From: Azolla caroliniana
Taxonomy: Eukaryota > Plantae > Polypodiophyta
DNA length: 64,000 nt
Assembly: GCA_043228905.1 (NCBI GenBank)
Contig: JBHGNT010000002.1
Location: 4,526,001 to 4,590,000 of the forward strand
Direction of reading: 5' to 3'
Shown: one piece after another, positions 10,900-23,517 of the stretch
Layout: every line of letters begins with the position of its first letter
How positions within the stretch are numbered: position 1 is the first letter of the stretch
Notes under the pieces: generated by a model
The model's input: only the letters and a program-made list of their open reading frames with translations
Told to the model about the DNA's origin: nothing
Databases searched by the model: none
Program-made: the position numbers and the translations under genes

Positions 10900-12720
10900 T
10901 TTGATTATTAGAGTCATCAACCTACAAAGAGGAAGAATATAGTACTGTATGAGTCAACCTCCACATAGAGGGAGTTGTCTAACTTGGATAGCCATGGGTG
11001 TTGCTTAAGACCATTTAATGGTTTCTTGAGGCAACATACTATGTACGAGTGAGGTTATGATATTTTGATTGGAATTAGGGTGGTGGTTGCATTTAGACCT
11101 CTTCATTAAGCTCTCCTTCGAGGACTTCATGCATTATTTATGTCCCTTTGGTGGAGTTGTCACCTTTTCACTACAATTAGCGTTAAAATGGTCCCAATTG
11201 TAGTCATATTATTCATAGATGTGAAGGTCTCACCATAATCAACATTGTACATTTGAGCATAGCCTTTCATGACAAGTCGAGCCTTGTATAGGTCGACATT
11301 GTACATTTGAGCATAGCCTTTCATGACAAGTTGATTGGAATCAGGGTGGTGGTTGCATTTAGACCTCTTCATTAAGCTCTCATTGGAGGAAGGCATTATT
11401 TATGTCCCTTTGGTGGAGTTGTCACATTTTCACTACAATTAGCACTAATATGGTCCTAATTGTTGTCATATTATTCGTAGATGTGAAGGTCTCGCCATAA
11501 TCGACATTCTACATTTAAGTATAGCCCTTCATGACAAGTTGAGCCTTGTATAGGTTCACGCGTAAATCCTTGGATTATTGATGGCCGTATTATATGTAGG
11601 AGAAGGGGGGAGGTCCTACGTTTTGCATCTCTTCATCCATCGCTTTGGTTCAAAAAGGATCATGGGCCACTTCGATGTAGCGTTTTGATAGGTAAGACAC
11701 GTATGTTCATCATATTATGGGAATATTGTACTTGTGTCAAGATCAAAGTCGGGTTCAAGTGTTCAAGAGGTGCTTGAATAGATTCGATATTGATGATGAC
11801 ATCGGAGATGTCCTAGGTCACCATATGTGTGTATGAATTTAGATCGTACTACAATTTCATTTCATCGATTGCTAAATCTTGATTAACATGAACTTTTGGG
11901 CAATAGTGTTGAAGAATCTCTAGCCCTTCTTCTCAAGAGAGTAATTAAAGAAATTACATTTCTTTGACTTGGGTTCGAGCATTGTCTATATCTCATTCAG
12001 CTTCCTCTCGTAATATCCCTCATGTGGGGTCACAACATGTATACTGCCCTAAGACATTGATTAATAAACATAGCCACTGCTTTTGCCCAATACGATTGTG
12101 GTATGTTTGGCTTGTTGATCATGGTACATGCAGCTTCAATTTTATGCCGACATGTATTGACATGTGAACTTTCAGCTTATCCCTCATTGGAGGTATGGAA
12201 TAAATACATTGTTGGGCCATAGACATCATACTTCAAGTTAGTTTCTTTCTCTAGAAAATTTTTGAAGTCTCAAAAGTGAGTAAACACCTCTCCTTTTGCA
12301 CACATCGGATAGGCATGTGTATTGACGACGATCATCATGAAGGTAACATACGTCTAAGAGACACCAAATATCTTAGTGGATTACATCATGGAGTTATTTG
12401 CTCCTTCAAAAATGGATGGTAGTGTTGCTTTCTAAATCGAAATCTTTCACACACACTAGTAATCTCTCCACCTTCGAATTTTGGAAGTTTTGTCATGACT
12501 CCTCTTTGGTTGCATCAAAGCAAATTTTCTAGGGTAACATGATTGATTGATTTGGGCCACAAGCTGATGTTGAGTGTACTCTTTTTCCCATTGCCAAATA
12601 TCGTAGATTTGACCTTGCTTTCGTCGAGGATTATAAACATCCACCTTCTCATCGTTTGTGTGTGACCAACCACTCTTTGTCCTTGAAAACTTCAAGCAAA
12701 CACTCCTTTAATTGAATCAT
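10900..12720 (-). mobile_element. Highly degenerate Copia pol relic with an internal tandem duplication
   Basis: 'YKARLVMKGYAQMYNVDYGETF' RT remnants and 'KAMDEEMQ'; integrase-like remnants ~12200-12400; ~266-bp duplication starting at 11065 and 11331. Confidence 0.75.
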
Positions 12721-12728
12721 ACATGCAT

Positions 12729-13760
12729 TCATTGCTCCACGTTTTTCTGTTGGACACTTAGAGGGGGATTGCTTAAAGAAGCTAACTTCATGCAGTTGGT
12801 TTCGATCAAAGACCTTATTATTGTGGGTTGTCCAAATGGTCCAGAGGGCCCAAAATCGTGTCCATTAGAGAAAATAGGCATTGTTGGATAGGGCGCACGG
12901 AATTTGTCCAAATAGCAATACTTCCTTCCACTGCTTTAGAAGCTTTGAGCTAAACGAACAACCTTTGATGTAGTCGTCAATCTTTCCAAACACTACATCC
13001 CAATGGTTAGTATCCCATGAGGCAAATGACTTGGTTTTCAAATTATCAAACATTTCTGATAGCATTCTTGCCCAAGGCAATGTTTTTTCAGCAATTTTTG
13101 GTAGTAAAGTAGCTTTTCTAGCCAACATATGCAATTACAAATTAAGAATATTTAGCCCTCCACTCAATCGTGGAGTGCATATCTTCTCTCATGATAGGAG
13201 TCGTATACCTCTATGCGATTGCTTAGAGCACCAAAAGTTGCTTATGATTTCAGAGTTAATCTTTTGTATCATGTGTTTCAACCAATCAATCATAATTAAG
13301 TAATATTGCATGTAAGCCATGAATATAGATTGCACTATCCTCAATCTAACATGGAGCGGCCATGTTGCAATCTTCCAATAGCTCAGCTTTTGTCCCACTT
13401 TTTGCAGAACCCATTTAGCCTTTCTTTTCCCTGTTGCATTCCATCCCAATGGATAGCCAAGATGTCTAACCATTTCATTTGGGCTAACAACTTGACCTAG
13501 CTACAAAAGTTGATACCAACTATATGGTGTCAAGGGTAGGAGTTTGGACTTGTTGACGTTAACATGCAATCCAACAACTAATCCATACAATTTGAAGGCA
13601 TTTGTAATCACCCTCATATCATTTGGATTGTTTTGTAACAGGAATGATGTATCATCTGCATATGCCTGAGCCACGAAATCATGTCCGTCTTGCATTTGCA
13701 AACCGTGAAGTTGACCAGTTGATACTGGATAATCCATGTATAATAGTAGAGAGTTGGATA
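12729..13760 (-). mobile_element. L1-type LINE fragment (RT C-terminal part)
   Basis: 'AQAYADDTSFLL...GLHVNVNKSKL' and 'RHLGYPLG...KLSYWK' in broken ORFs. Confidence 0.8.
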
Positions 13761-13869
13761 AACCTTTCTCTCTCTAACTCAAACCCTAAATATTAGATCA
13801 ATTGTTCACATTCTAATGTATGAGACTATCTATGTATTATTGTTATTGTTATGTTTAACCATGTCTAGA

Positions 13870-14860
13870 ATTTTACAAATGAGACAGTTATGTACAAATC
13901 CCTAAAGGGACGCGATAGTTCCATCTTATGTGGATGCCCACTGACTCAAGAAAGGGAGAGGACGACCATTGTTGGATGAAGGTTATGCGTTGTCTTTCAA
14001 CTCCCTCGGAGCCGCCCTTAAGGCCATCATATTGGCTCTTCAGAGTGGCTACAATTTCACTCCATATCTCTTGCAGTAACCTTGTTGGATGGGCGGTTTG
14101 GTCGGAGAAGACTCGCCTACATCGTTGTTTCCATAGAATCCAAAGGGTTATTGGGCTGACCAATTCCAACACCTCTTGAGATTTGTCATTAAGTGGAATA
14201 GAGTGGACAATGCCGCTGGAGGAGAAAAGGACCTCTTGTGCTTTTATCACCAAAATCATCCCCTCCTCCTGATGCTCGTATCGGCCAATTGCAGCATGCC
14301 ATGATAGCCAACATATATTTCCCCACTTGATTGAACCTTGCACCTGGCATAATTGCAACAAGCAGCCAACCCCCCGCCATATTCAATGGGACGTTGGGTA
14401 GTCCCACAGAGTGTGTCGTATGGATTCTACTGCATGTGGGCACTCTACACAATTAGGAGAGCTAAGGTTCCCACGTTGCCATGCTCCCACCGGTAGGGAC
14501 TTATGTATTAACAGCCATTGGAAAGTGGTAATTCGCCTCACGTGTTGTTGCTTCCAGATTTTCTGCCAAAACTTGGTGATTATTGCGGAGGGAACTTGAA
14601 ATGTATGCCAGACCTTTGCAGGAGCTAGTTCTCGAGCGGCTTGAGCAGCTAGAATGTGGCAACCCAATCTAGTTGTGAATTGGAAGAAAGGGATGGGTTT
14701 GCTTCCTTGCCCCGTGTAGGGATCACGCCATGTCCATTGCAAAGGGTCCCAACTGACCTTACGTAGCCATGTGTTTTCATGAGTACATATATGCCAATCG
14801 GGTTGTACTTTGATCGGATCAGGATCTACAATCCATTTATGACCAATGTACATGCAATAC
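13870..14860 (-). mobile_element. 5'-truncated L1-type LINE 3' end (zf-RVT region)
   Basis: 'FQWLLIHKSLPV...CVECPHAVESIRHTLWD' and 'LWILWKQRCRRVF' plant-L1 C-terminal motifs, split by a frameshift. Confidence 0.8.
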
Positions 14861-15757
14861 CTCCATCTCTACTGACTTTCACATGTATTGCGAGAAAACA
14901 CTATTTTTTGTCACATGCATCATATTTGACCTCTTAATAAGATAATAAAGTATATTTATCTATCTCACGGCATACATAACACACACCACTCTATTTTATT
15001 TATCCATTGAATGTGGAATTGTATAGCTTGTTCCTTAATTATTTATTAGAAGTATATAGTATTTTTGGACATTCAACATATAGTATTTTTGGACATTCAT
15101 GTTGCAAAAGCACCTTATAAGACTTTACTTATAAACTCCAATGCTTCAATATGCAGTTTTAGTTTGTGTGCACCTTCAAAAATAAGTACAAGTCAACCCC
15201 ATCATGTACATGAAACAGAATTTAATAGTACAGATTTTGGGCACATATACACTCAACACCATGTTGAAGGCCGCCTACCTTGACATACCATCAATTGATC
15301 TCGTAGTTGCACACCACATATGAGAAAATTAAATGAAATAAATAAGATGAAAAACTAAATGAAAATGCAAATTGTGTAAAGTGCAAACCACCAAAACCAA
15401 ACCTTGATATGCTATACTAATCTCACGCAGAAAAGGCTAATGAAAATAGTAATAACAACATCACCAACACATGAACATAGAAAAATATATAACAATAATA
15501 TCAAGGCAAATTTGGCATAGCTGATAAGACACCAAAACATCACAAAATAATTTGGCATCTCATTCATAATGTAAATAGGAGATAAATGTAATCTGAACCT
15601 TTTGTTTTACATAGATTAATTTTTATTCCTATATACAAAAAATTTACGAAACTTGTGTATACGGTTGGGACTATTGGTAGGACACTAATTCACTAATTCA
15701 CGATCCAAATTGAGCATTCTCGCAGTCTCTAGAAAAACAACCAATCCCTATTCTTAT

Positions 15758-18700
15758 TCAATTCTTGAAATCATGTCGATGGCCGAGAATTTCCTCTACC
15801 ATAACATCGATGCTTTCTTTAATATGTTTCGTGTACCTTTCAAATATGTTCTTGCTTATTTGGTTTTGGAACATTGAACTTTTATGCCATGCAACACCCA
15901 TCAATACTTTACAGTGACTTGTCAATGGGCTCAATGAAATATTATCTATGACCTCCTTGCGGATTTGAACCTTGAATATTAATCAAGAAGACAATTAGTT
16001 TACTCAAAAATGATAAAAGCAAAAAATTGATAATAAGAAAAGGTATCAAAATATCTTTATTGAGTTGTCTTAATGAGATGAAGTTGATTAGCATCCCAAT
16101 GAAATTAACATTACTATAACTATCTTTTCAATTGAAACTCTTGTTTTAAGCCATTCCCTAAGTTTCAAACAATTAGATTTTTTGTTACATCTCCAATGAC
16201 TAACTATGGGTTATAAGTGCAAGAACAATCGTAAAATTGGTAACTACTAATTGTGAATCTTTGAAAGAGTCATATAGCACACAACACTATTACAGTAACA
16301 AAAGAGAATGAAGAAGAATGATATATATTGATGTCTCTAAGAGAACAGTAAGGGCAAATGAAACCTAATCAAATTTCACAATCACTAATTTTGTCTTACT
16401 GCCTCGACCAAGAGAAACAAGGTAAACGTATTTAGCTTCAAAAACAAAGTCAATAAAAGCTTTACAACACTAAATTGAGATACTGCAAGGGATGGTACCT
16501 GGAAGTTATCTCCAAATGGAACATCATGGAGAGTCAACACTTCATCAATAAACAAAGCATGTCCGTCGTCTCGTACATTCTTCTGCTGAATGCATGTCAC
16601 ATTGGTCGCAAATAACGAGATTCGATTGCTCAGTTTGTAGCTAACACGCCTTTGTTGAGTTGTTTTATCGTCATCTAGAGATTCCCATGGTGTGGCAAAA
16701 TAATTTAGTCGACCCATTTTCCTCATCACTCTTCCTTCTAGATTCTCGTTCTCATCCATTGTAATGATGGAATTTACCTAGATAGTTGAATATTGCTTTA
16801 AAAACATGAAATCAACCTCAAAATGATGGGTGAGAAAAAAATTGCTTTTTGGATACTAATCATAAATGCTCATAAGTTTCCAAAAACTACAACAATGTCC
16901 CTAGTCTCCAAAATACCCCTTACTAGTAATATAAAACATATCCAATATAACCTTCGATAATAAAAAATCTAGAATGTCTAATCATTTGGGGGTAGTTTTG
17001 TGTTTTTCCCTAAACAAAACAAGATTATTTCAAACAGATCAACTTACAGAAAGTGGAAGCTCAGTAGAATAAACTTGGCTAAGATTGGCCTCATCTACTC
17101 CCAAAAATGTCTCTGGTTCATCTATCTGTCTATATTGTGCATTCACACAAGAGTCTTCTCCTTGCTCAATATTTGCAATCATATCCATTCGTTGCTCGGG
17201 ACTGAGAGTTCGATAGTTCCATAGCACCATCATTGTTCTACACAATATTTAGAATATTAAGCCATGAAGAGCAATCCCAAGATAAAACAAATTGTGTTAA
17301 CCCCCCATATATATGATTTTCAACCTTCTACTACTATACATATATCCAACATCATACATTAGGACATCATGGCCTTTTTAAACCTTAGGCTTTACACATA
17401 TCTTTGTAGGAGAATTATATTGAAGAACGAAAGTGTCACCCTCTTTGAGAGAATTGCGGGCAAGGAAATTCCAAGCTAATCACCGCCATGAAGTAAAATA
17501 AGTTATGTTTAAAGCCCAATTAAAAACTACTCAAAAAGTTTTTAAATAAACTTTTACCACAAAGGTGTAAATGTTTTGTATCAAATAGGTGTTACCTGAA
17601 TGCAGGTTTATAATGAATAAATGATTGAAATTGGAACTTGAATCTCCCCTTTTCATCCATACTCTTGGCGCCATGTTGAGCATCTCTTGCTCTACCTTTC
17701 TTGGTATAAAGCAAAATCGAGCGATTAAGCAACAATGCCATGGAACCAAAGGCATGTGATGCTTCTTTTATTTCATCAACATCTTCCCATAAAATGATAA
17801 ACCTTGTTCGATGACCAAAAATGTTTGAATAGAATGCCAATACCCGAGGTGAAAGAAAGAGCCGTCCCTATATTTATAAAATAGATGATGGATTTAGGCC
17901 AGAACATAACTCAATTCTACATTCTCGAGATTAAAAACCCATAACACATTATATACGTAAACATTCAATTGCCAATTTCTTTAGAAGTGTGCATTATCAT
18001 GATGTGTAGATAGAATATGTTATGTTAGTATGTAGAGACACACTTGAAGCAAAAACTTCCGCTTCAACGAGCATGAAAAATCGTTCACCAGAAACTCCTC
18101 TGAAGGCAACGAAAAGAGCTTTTGAAAGGATGCATTCTTCACAAACGATTGCCTTGTAATCTAGGAAAAGAAAGATATAAAATACAATCAATGAGAAACC
18201 ATAGACAATCAACCAAAACAATTGTACACATATATACATGTGCACATGTGTGTAAAAGCATGCATGCCTTTTTTCCAACTTCTTTCTCTACTTTCTGGAT
18301 GTAATCCCCCACATTATTTGATTCAATCGTGTTGACAAGAATCACACGAAGGTGAATTTTGCACCCCGCTGCACGTGCATTTTTCCCTTCCAATGTCACC
18401 CACAAATCAGCCAAGTCTTCTTGTGTTTGCTTCAAAAAATTAATTTCCGCATATCCAACCGACTCTGATTTTGTAAATGGACCCTCAAAATCAAATATTC
18501 TTATGTTCACAGTTGATGGTGCCTCCTCGGTTGCATCAAACTCAAATCTCTCTGAATGAAATGAAAACAAAACAATTTTTTAGTAGGGTTAGGTAAAAAT
18601 GGAAAACCTGAGAGCTATATATAGTTTGGCATCAAAATAACTACATAGGAACGAAATTCATCCTAGTTCAAAGAGGGAAAAGTCTAGGTCAGATCGTGAA

Positions 18701-21404
18701 TTGATCCAAACATAAAACAAAAACAATTATATGGGGGATTAATCAAATACCACATACATACAATGGATGAAACCCAATAGAAAAACAAATAAAAGCCATA
18801 TATGTGGGATTGATCTCAATTAAGTTACATAATAATACCAATTATGATTACCTTCCCAAATCGGATTAAAATTTTGCAACTTGATAGAGCTAGTTCTTGA
18901 TTGCCCACTACATGTGAAGACAACATATGGATCCGGTACCCCGACCTCGTCAGATGCTGGAACATTTTGAGCCTCAACCAATGTCATAGTGAGAATCCAT
19001 CCATCACCCTTTGCTTTTACTCCATGATCAGACCCTACATATATATAAAACAAATATAGTGTTACTATCAACATATGGGCCCAACCATTCAAAACTAGGG
19101 GCTCTTAAAACCACCAAATTTCTCTTAAGGTTTTCTCAACTATTCCCATAATAGCCCTATGTAAACTTGCTACTACATAGGGGAATTATGGTAGTTGATG
19201 TTTTCACCTTAATGGTACTCTCGTGACTACCCAACAAGTTCAATAGTTTTTTGGGTGGTTCCCCCTTTCAAAAGAAATCACACTTCAAATAGTCATAATT
19301 TTCACCTCTATAAAGCTTTGCGCACAGTAATTTTCTTGCTCTTGAGATCAGATATTCCATTTGTGCACCCAACAAGGCTGAAAGGATGAGTTCGCACAAA
19401 GTATCCGATAATTCAAGTTTCCAAATCCCAAGTTTCACACCCGACTTAGAAACATAAATATTTAAAATGAGTAGAAGGGTTGATACAAGGGTTACAAAAA
19501 CCCTCACATTACAAAAATATTCAAATGCAATTTGCCACTTATTTCTAGTTGCCAACTTCTCTAACCCAAGTGCTTGTTGGTCAATATTAGGCTTAACAAT
19601 AGTTTCTTTATCCAAAGATTCTACTACTTCTGGAGGTTTCAAGGGTTTTGCGTATCGCTCAAGTACCCCCACAAAATCTTTGTAATTATCTTGTAACCCT
19701 TGACGAGCACCACTCTCAATGATCCCTTTCATCATGGTGTTTTTTAGGAAGAAAACATTCCATGATACTCGAAAATACGATGTCTTCACGACTTTCCCTA
19801 AGAAAATACAATATTGGAGATCAGTGCGAAACGTTTTTCCATAGGGAACATCTGGGGTACTTGCAGATACGTTGACTACAAATCCTTTCTTATCTGCTTG
19901 TGTATACATATGGTCTTCTATTACTTTTGCTGCTTTTACGAGTTTAGTGGCTGCTTTAGTGTATGTTACAACACGCTTTGGCATCCCAAGCTCACCTTTG
20001 ATCCAAGGACCTTCAATCCAATCCGTAGTTTTTTGGAGCTCTAACACCTCCTTTTGGAACTCGGACCCCGATTTGAATAGGATTTTGTTCATGGTTTTTG
20101 CACTCACATCATAAGTGCCATTAATCAAAATGCCACCTTCTAATGGAGGTGGCATCTCTTCTAATATATTAGCACCTTCTTCGTCGTCATCATTAGTATC
20201 AACATCATTATCATCAAAGAATGAGAGAGGAATCAATCTCATTGATTCTTTATCAGATGAATTATATGTGCCTTCGAAGTTTGCATTGCTAACAACTTCT
20301 TGTACCATTACGTTCGATGATTCTTTTTCATCATTGCTAACAACTTCTTTTATAATTGTTTTGGATGTTTCATTTACACCATGGTTGCTAGTATCAGCTT
20401 CTTTGTTGGGTTCCTTCATGGCCACCTTTGACAACACCCTATTTGAGATCCAACGTGAGATGCCCTCAACAACATTAGAAGGGCTTGAGTTATAAACCTT
20501 TTCCAAACCTATATTGTGATCTTCTTCGACATTATTTAGAGAAGAAGTAGTGTCATCTTGTGAGCTTGAACTATCCAATGATTGCAACGAATCTGAAGAA
20601 AGAGCTTGAGGAACTGAAGTACGCTCAGGAGTCGTGTTAACCGAGGATGAACTAGCAGTTGTATCACATAATTGATTACTTGGTGATGCCAATACCTTCC
20701 CAGACAAAGCGAATCCAACACATATTTCACCGGCTATCCTATCAATAACATCAAGCTTAAGGGGTGGGAACACATGAGAACTATGATTTGAAAACTTGAC
20801 CTAGATGAAGAATTAAGTGGAGATCAAACATGAACCATGAAGATTTTATCAAATCACGAGAAAAAAAAAGCCAAAACCAATATATTAGGTTATACATACC
20901 GGTCACGGGGGTTCTTGACCCCTTGTTTCGCTTTTGAAGAGGATACCAAGCCGAAGAGATGACCATATTCTGATGAACAATCGAAACCGGCACATGGAAT
21001 CTACCAAGGAACGTATCGCTTGAGAATCCGTCATGAACATGCCAGATGGAAATACGGATCTCGGACCCAAGATCGCCGACATCAAAGATGAACTCCTCGG
21101 ACCACGAGAAGGTAATGGTACTCGAACACGAATCGGAATGCTTGTCCTCAGACCAATTGAGGTCTTGAGGATGGGCCGAGGTAGTCGAGGTGGAGATAGA
21201 GCTCTTGAGTGTCGAGTCGCCGAGCTTGATAAGGGCATAAACTCGGGGCGGCCACCGATGATGATGATGATGGTGGTGGTGACCACCATGTTTGGTCCCA
21301 CGGATTGATAGGTTTCTAGCTTGGAGGAGTTGGACACTTAGTTTCATTATGGAAGAAGAAGAAAATGATGATGATGATGATTTTCCTTGTAAGATTAAAG
21401 TCAT
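15758..21404 (-). CDS. C2- and GRAM-domain protein (C2-VASt-TM-C2-GRAM-VASt), putative membrane-contact lipid/sterol transfer protein
   Basis: Exons 21404-20900, 20733-19306, 19034-18852, 18551-18268, 18160-18044, 17867-17596, 17237-17048, 16777-16499, 15970-15758 splice in frame. Motifs: 'STPDVPYGKTF' (VASt), 'GSDHGVKAKGDGW', 'DPYVVFTC', 'FQKLFSLPSEEFLVNDFSC...GRLFLSPR' (GRAM), 'LHDVPFGDNFQV'. Start may be 21347. Confidence 0.92.
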
Positions 21405-21670
21405 CAAAGAATGCTATGTTGCTTTAAGAAGAAAATAGAAAATAGAAAATAGAGCAATTGGGTGTGACACGTGGCAACTTTTTACCCAAGCCACCAAGGC
21501 CCCCCAAACCAAGAGAAGTAATGACGTCTCCAATTTGACGCGTGCAACAAATGCTTCTAAATTTATATGTGTGTCAAGCTTTCCACATTACTCTTCTCTT
21601 TCATTTGATTTGAAGAGCCCCAACTAATCCTTCACACCATCGGAGTCTCGTCTCTATGCACACTCTGTGG

Positions 21671-21671
<1 letters not shown>

Positions 21672-21736
<65 letters not shown>

Positions 21737-21765
21737 ACACTCTTGCATCAGACAAGACTTGTCTC

Positions 21766-21810
<45 letters not shown>
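21672..21810. repeat. Two (GT)n microsatellites
   Basis: Pure GT runs at ~21673-21735 and ~21770-21810. Confidence 0.95.
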
Positions 21811-21812
<2 letters not shown>

Positions 21813-23517
21813 GAATCGAGACTTGTCCGTCTCACTCTTTGTTGTACATGTTTGACACTTGACATGCATTTCCACTGTCTATTTCGCCATCCACATCAAA
21901 CTCGCTCGATTTCCCCTAGAAGCACCCTTTCTCATGTGCTTGAAAACTCCATCATTGAGTTTGACCAGGGTTTTAATTGGATAGTCGTAGATCCCCGGGC
22001 ATTGCCCGACAAATCTCTTTGACACGGATTTGCAAATTGTCCCAAGAAGCCCACTTCATTTACAACTTTCATCAACAAATTTGTGCATTTCTACTTTCCT
22101 AGCGTAAAAAGTTAGTACATTCCGAATAAAGTGAACAATACTCATTGTGTTCAGCTATTTTTTACTAGCTAAATCTTGTTTGTCCATATTTTGTTCGAAA
22201 CCATCCCACTACACAATGCAACTATAAATGCTCGACTAAAAATGCCCATGAAAGCATAAACCGTGGCAAGCAAACAAAGTTAGGGGTAATTGAAGGCTAG
22301 GATAGGTTGGCAATAACCCACACAAATAGAATACCATGCAACTATCAAAATAATCTTTCTAATTAGATTTGTTACCACTACAACAAAATTGGAATTTGCC
22401 TTGAACATAGAACTAATGGCTCATGTCATTACATACCATGCTAGTCATTGGGCCAAAACTAACTCACTCATAATGCATGCACATTGCTCTATGATTCCTT
22501 TCTTGCACAATTTACATTCGATGAATGCATACAAAAGCTAATTGTGCAAAACATCTATGTTAGTATGAGAAAGCAAAATCCATTGTCTTCAAATGAACTA
22601 AAAGATTTGATGAGAACAATTTTCCACTTGCAAAAGTGTTAGTAAGATTTTAAACATAAATGGTATAAAGTTACTTTGGAATAGGTCTAGTGGAATTTGA
22701 CACCATAATGTACCAAATGTAGGACCAATTCGTGTTCCGCTCTTAAAACTAAAGCTTTCCCCATTAACAATGTTGTTAGTCAACCATTATGCTTGGGCCA
22801 AAAACACTTCCCCGAGATGGTTACATTTCATTGATCCATAAGATAGACATGAATCAGTCAATTGCTCTGTTACTAATGACTCTGATAAAAGAATGCATTG
22901 CACACATCAAATAATAGCTCACTCTAAGAATGTTTTTCCAAGGGTATGCCATTCTGGATCAATTCAAATTCATGTTAACACCTCTAAATAAACAATAAAG
23001 AAGTGGTTGATGCAAGTGCTAAAAAAGAAACTTAAAATTACAAAACTTCAAAAATATTGTGCCAAGCGGAGTTGAACTAGGGCTTTTGAGTCCTTGCCTT
23101 GTAAGTCACAAATTGGGGAGATTTACTCCAAACCCTCTAAGCCCTTCCATCGAAACAAAATGGCAATCCCACCCTCTAATTGAACTGAAATGGCAACGTT
23201 AAGTGAGAAAACATAATAACATAATTAATAGAAGTCCACTCATTGTATGGATGGGCATGAAGCAATGTTTACTTCCCCCAATCTTCAGTAATGATGATTG
23301 TAATCCCAAATTTGCGTTTAAAAAAAGAAGAGAACATAACCGTCCCTTAACATCCAAAGGCTGTATCCTTCAAATCCAAGGCAACTACTAATCTCTAATG
23401 TACTCGAATAACAATAAGCAAAATTGTCAGCCTTAAGTCTATTTTACTTCAAACGTCCAATCTTTCATCATTTGGATTTGTCTCAACAGGCATTCTCCTG
23501 ATGTGGTAGAGAGAAAA

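Noticed and set aside
21632-22022. ORFs with HT/CV dipeptide runs
   Set aside because: Translations of (GT)n microsatellites.
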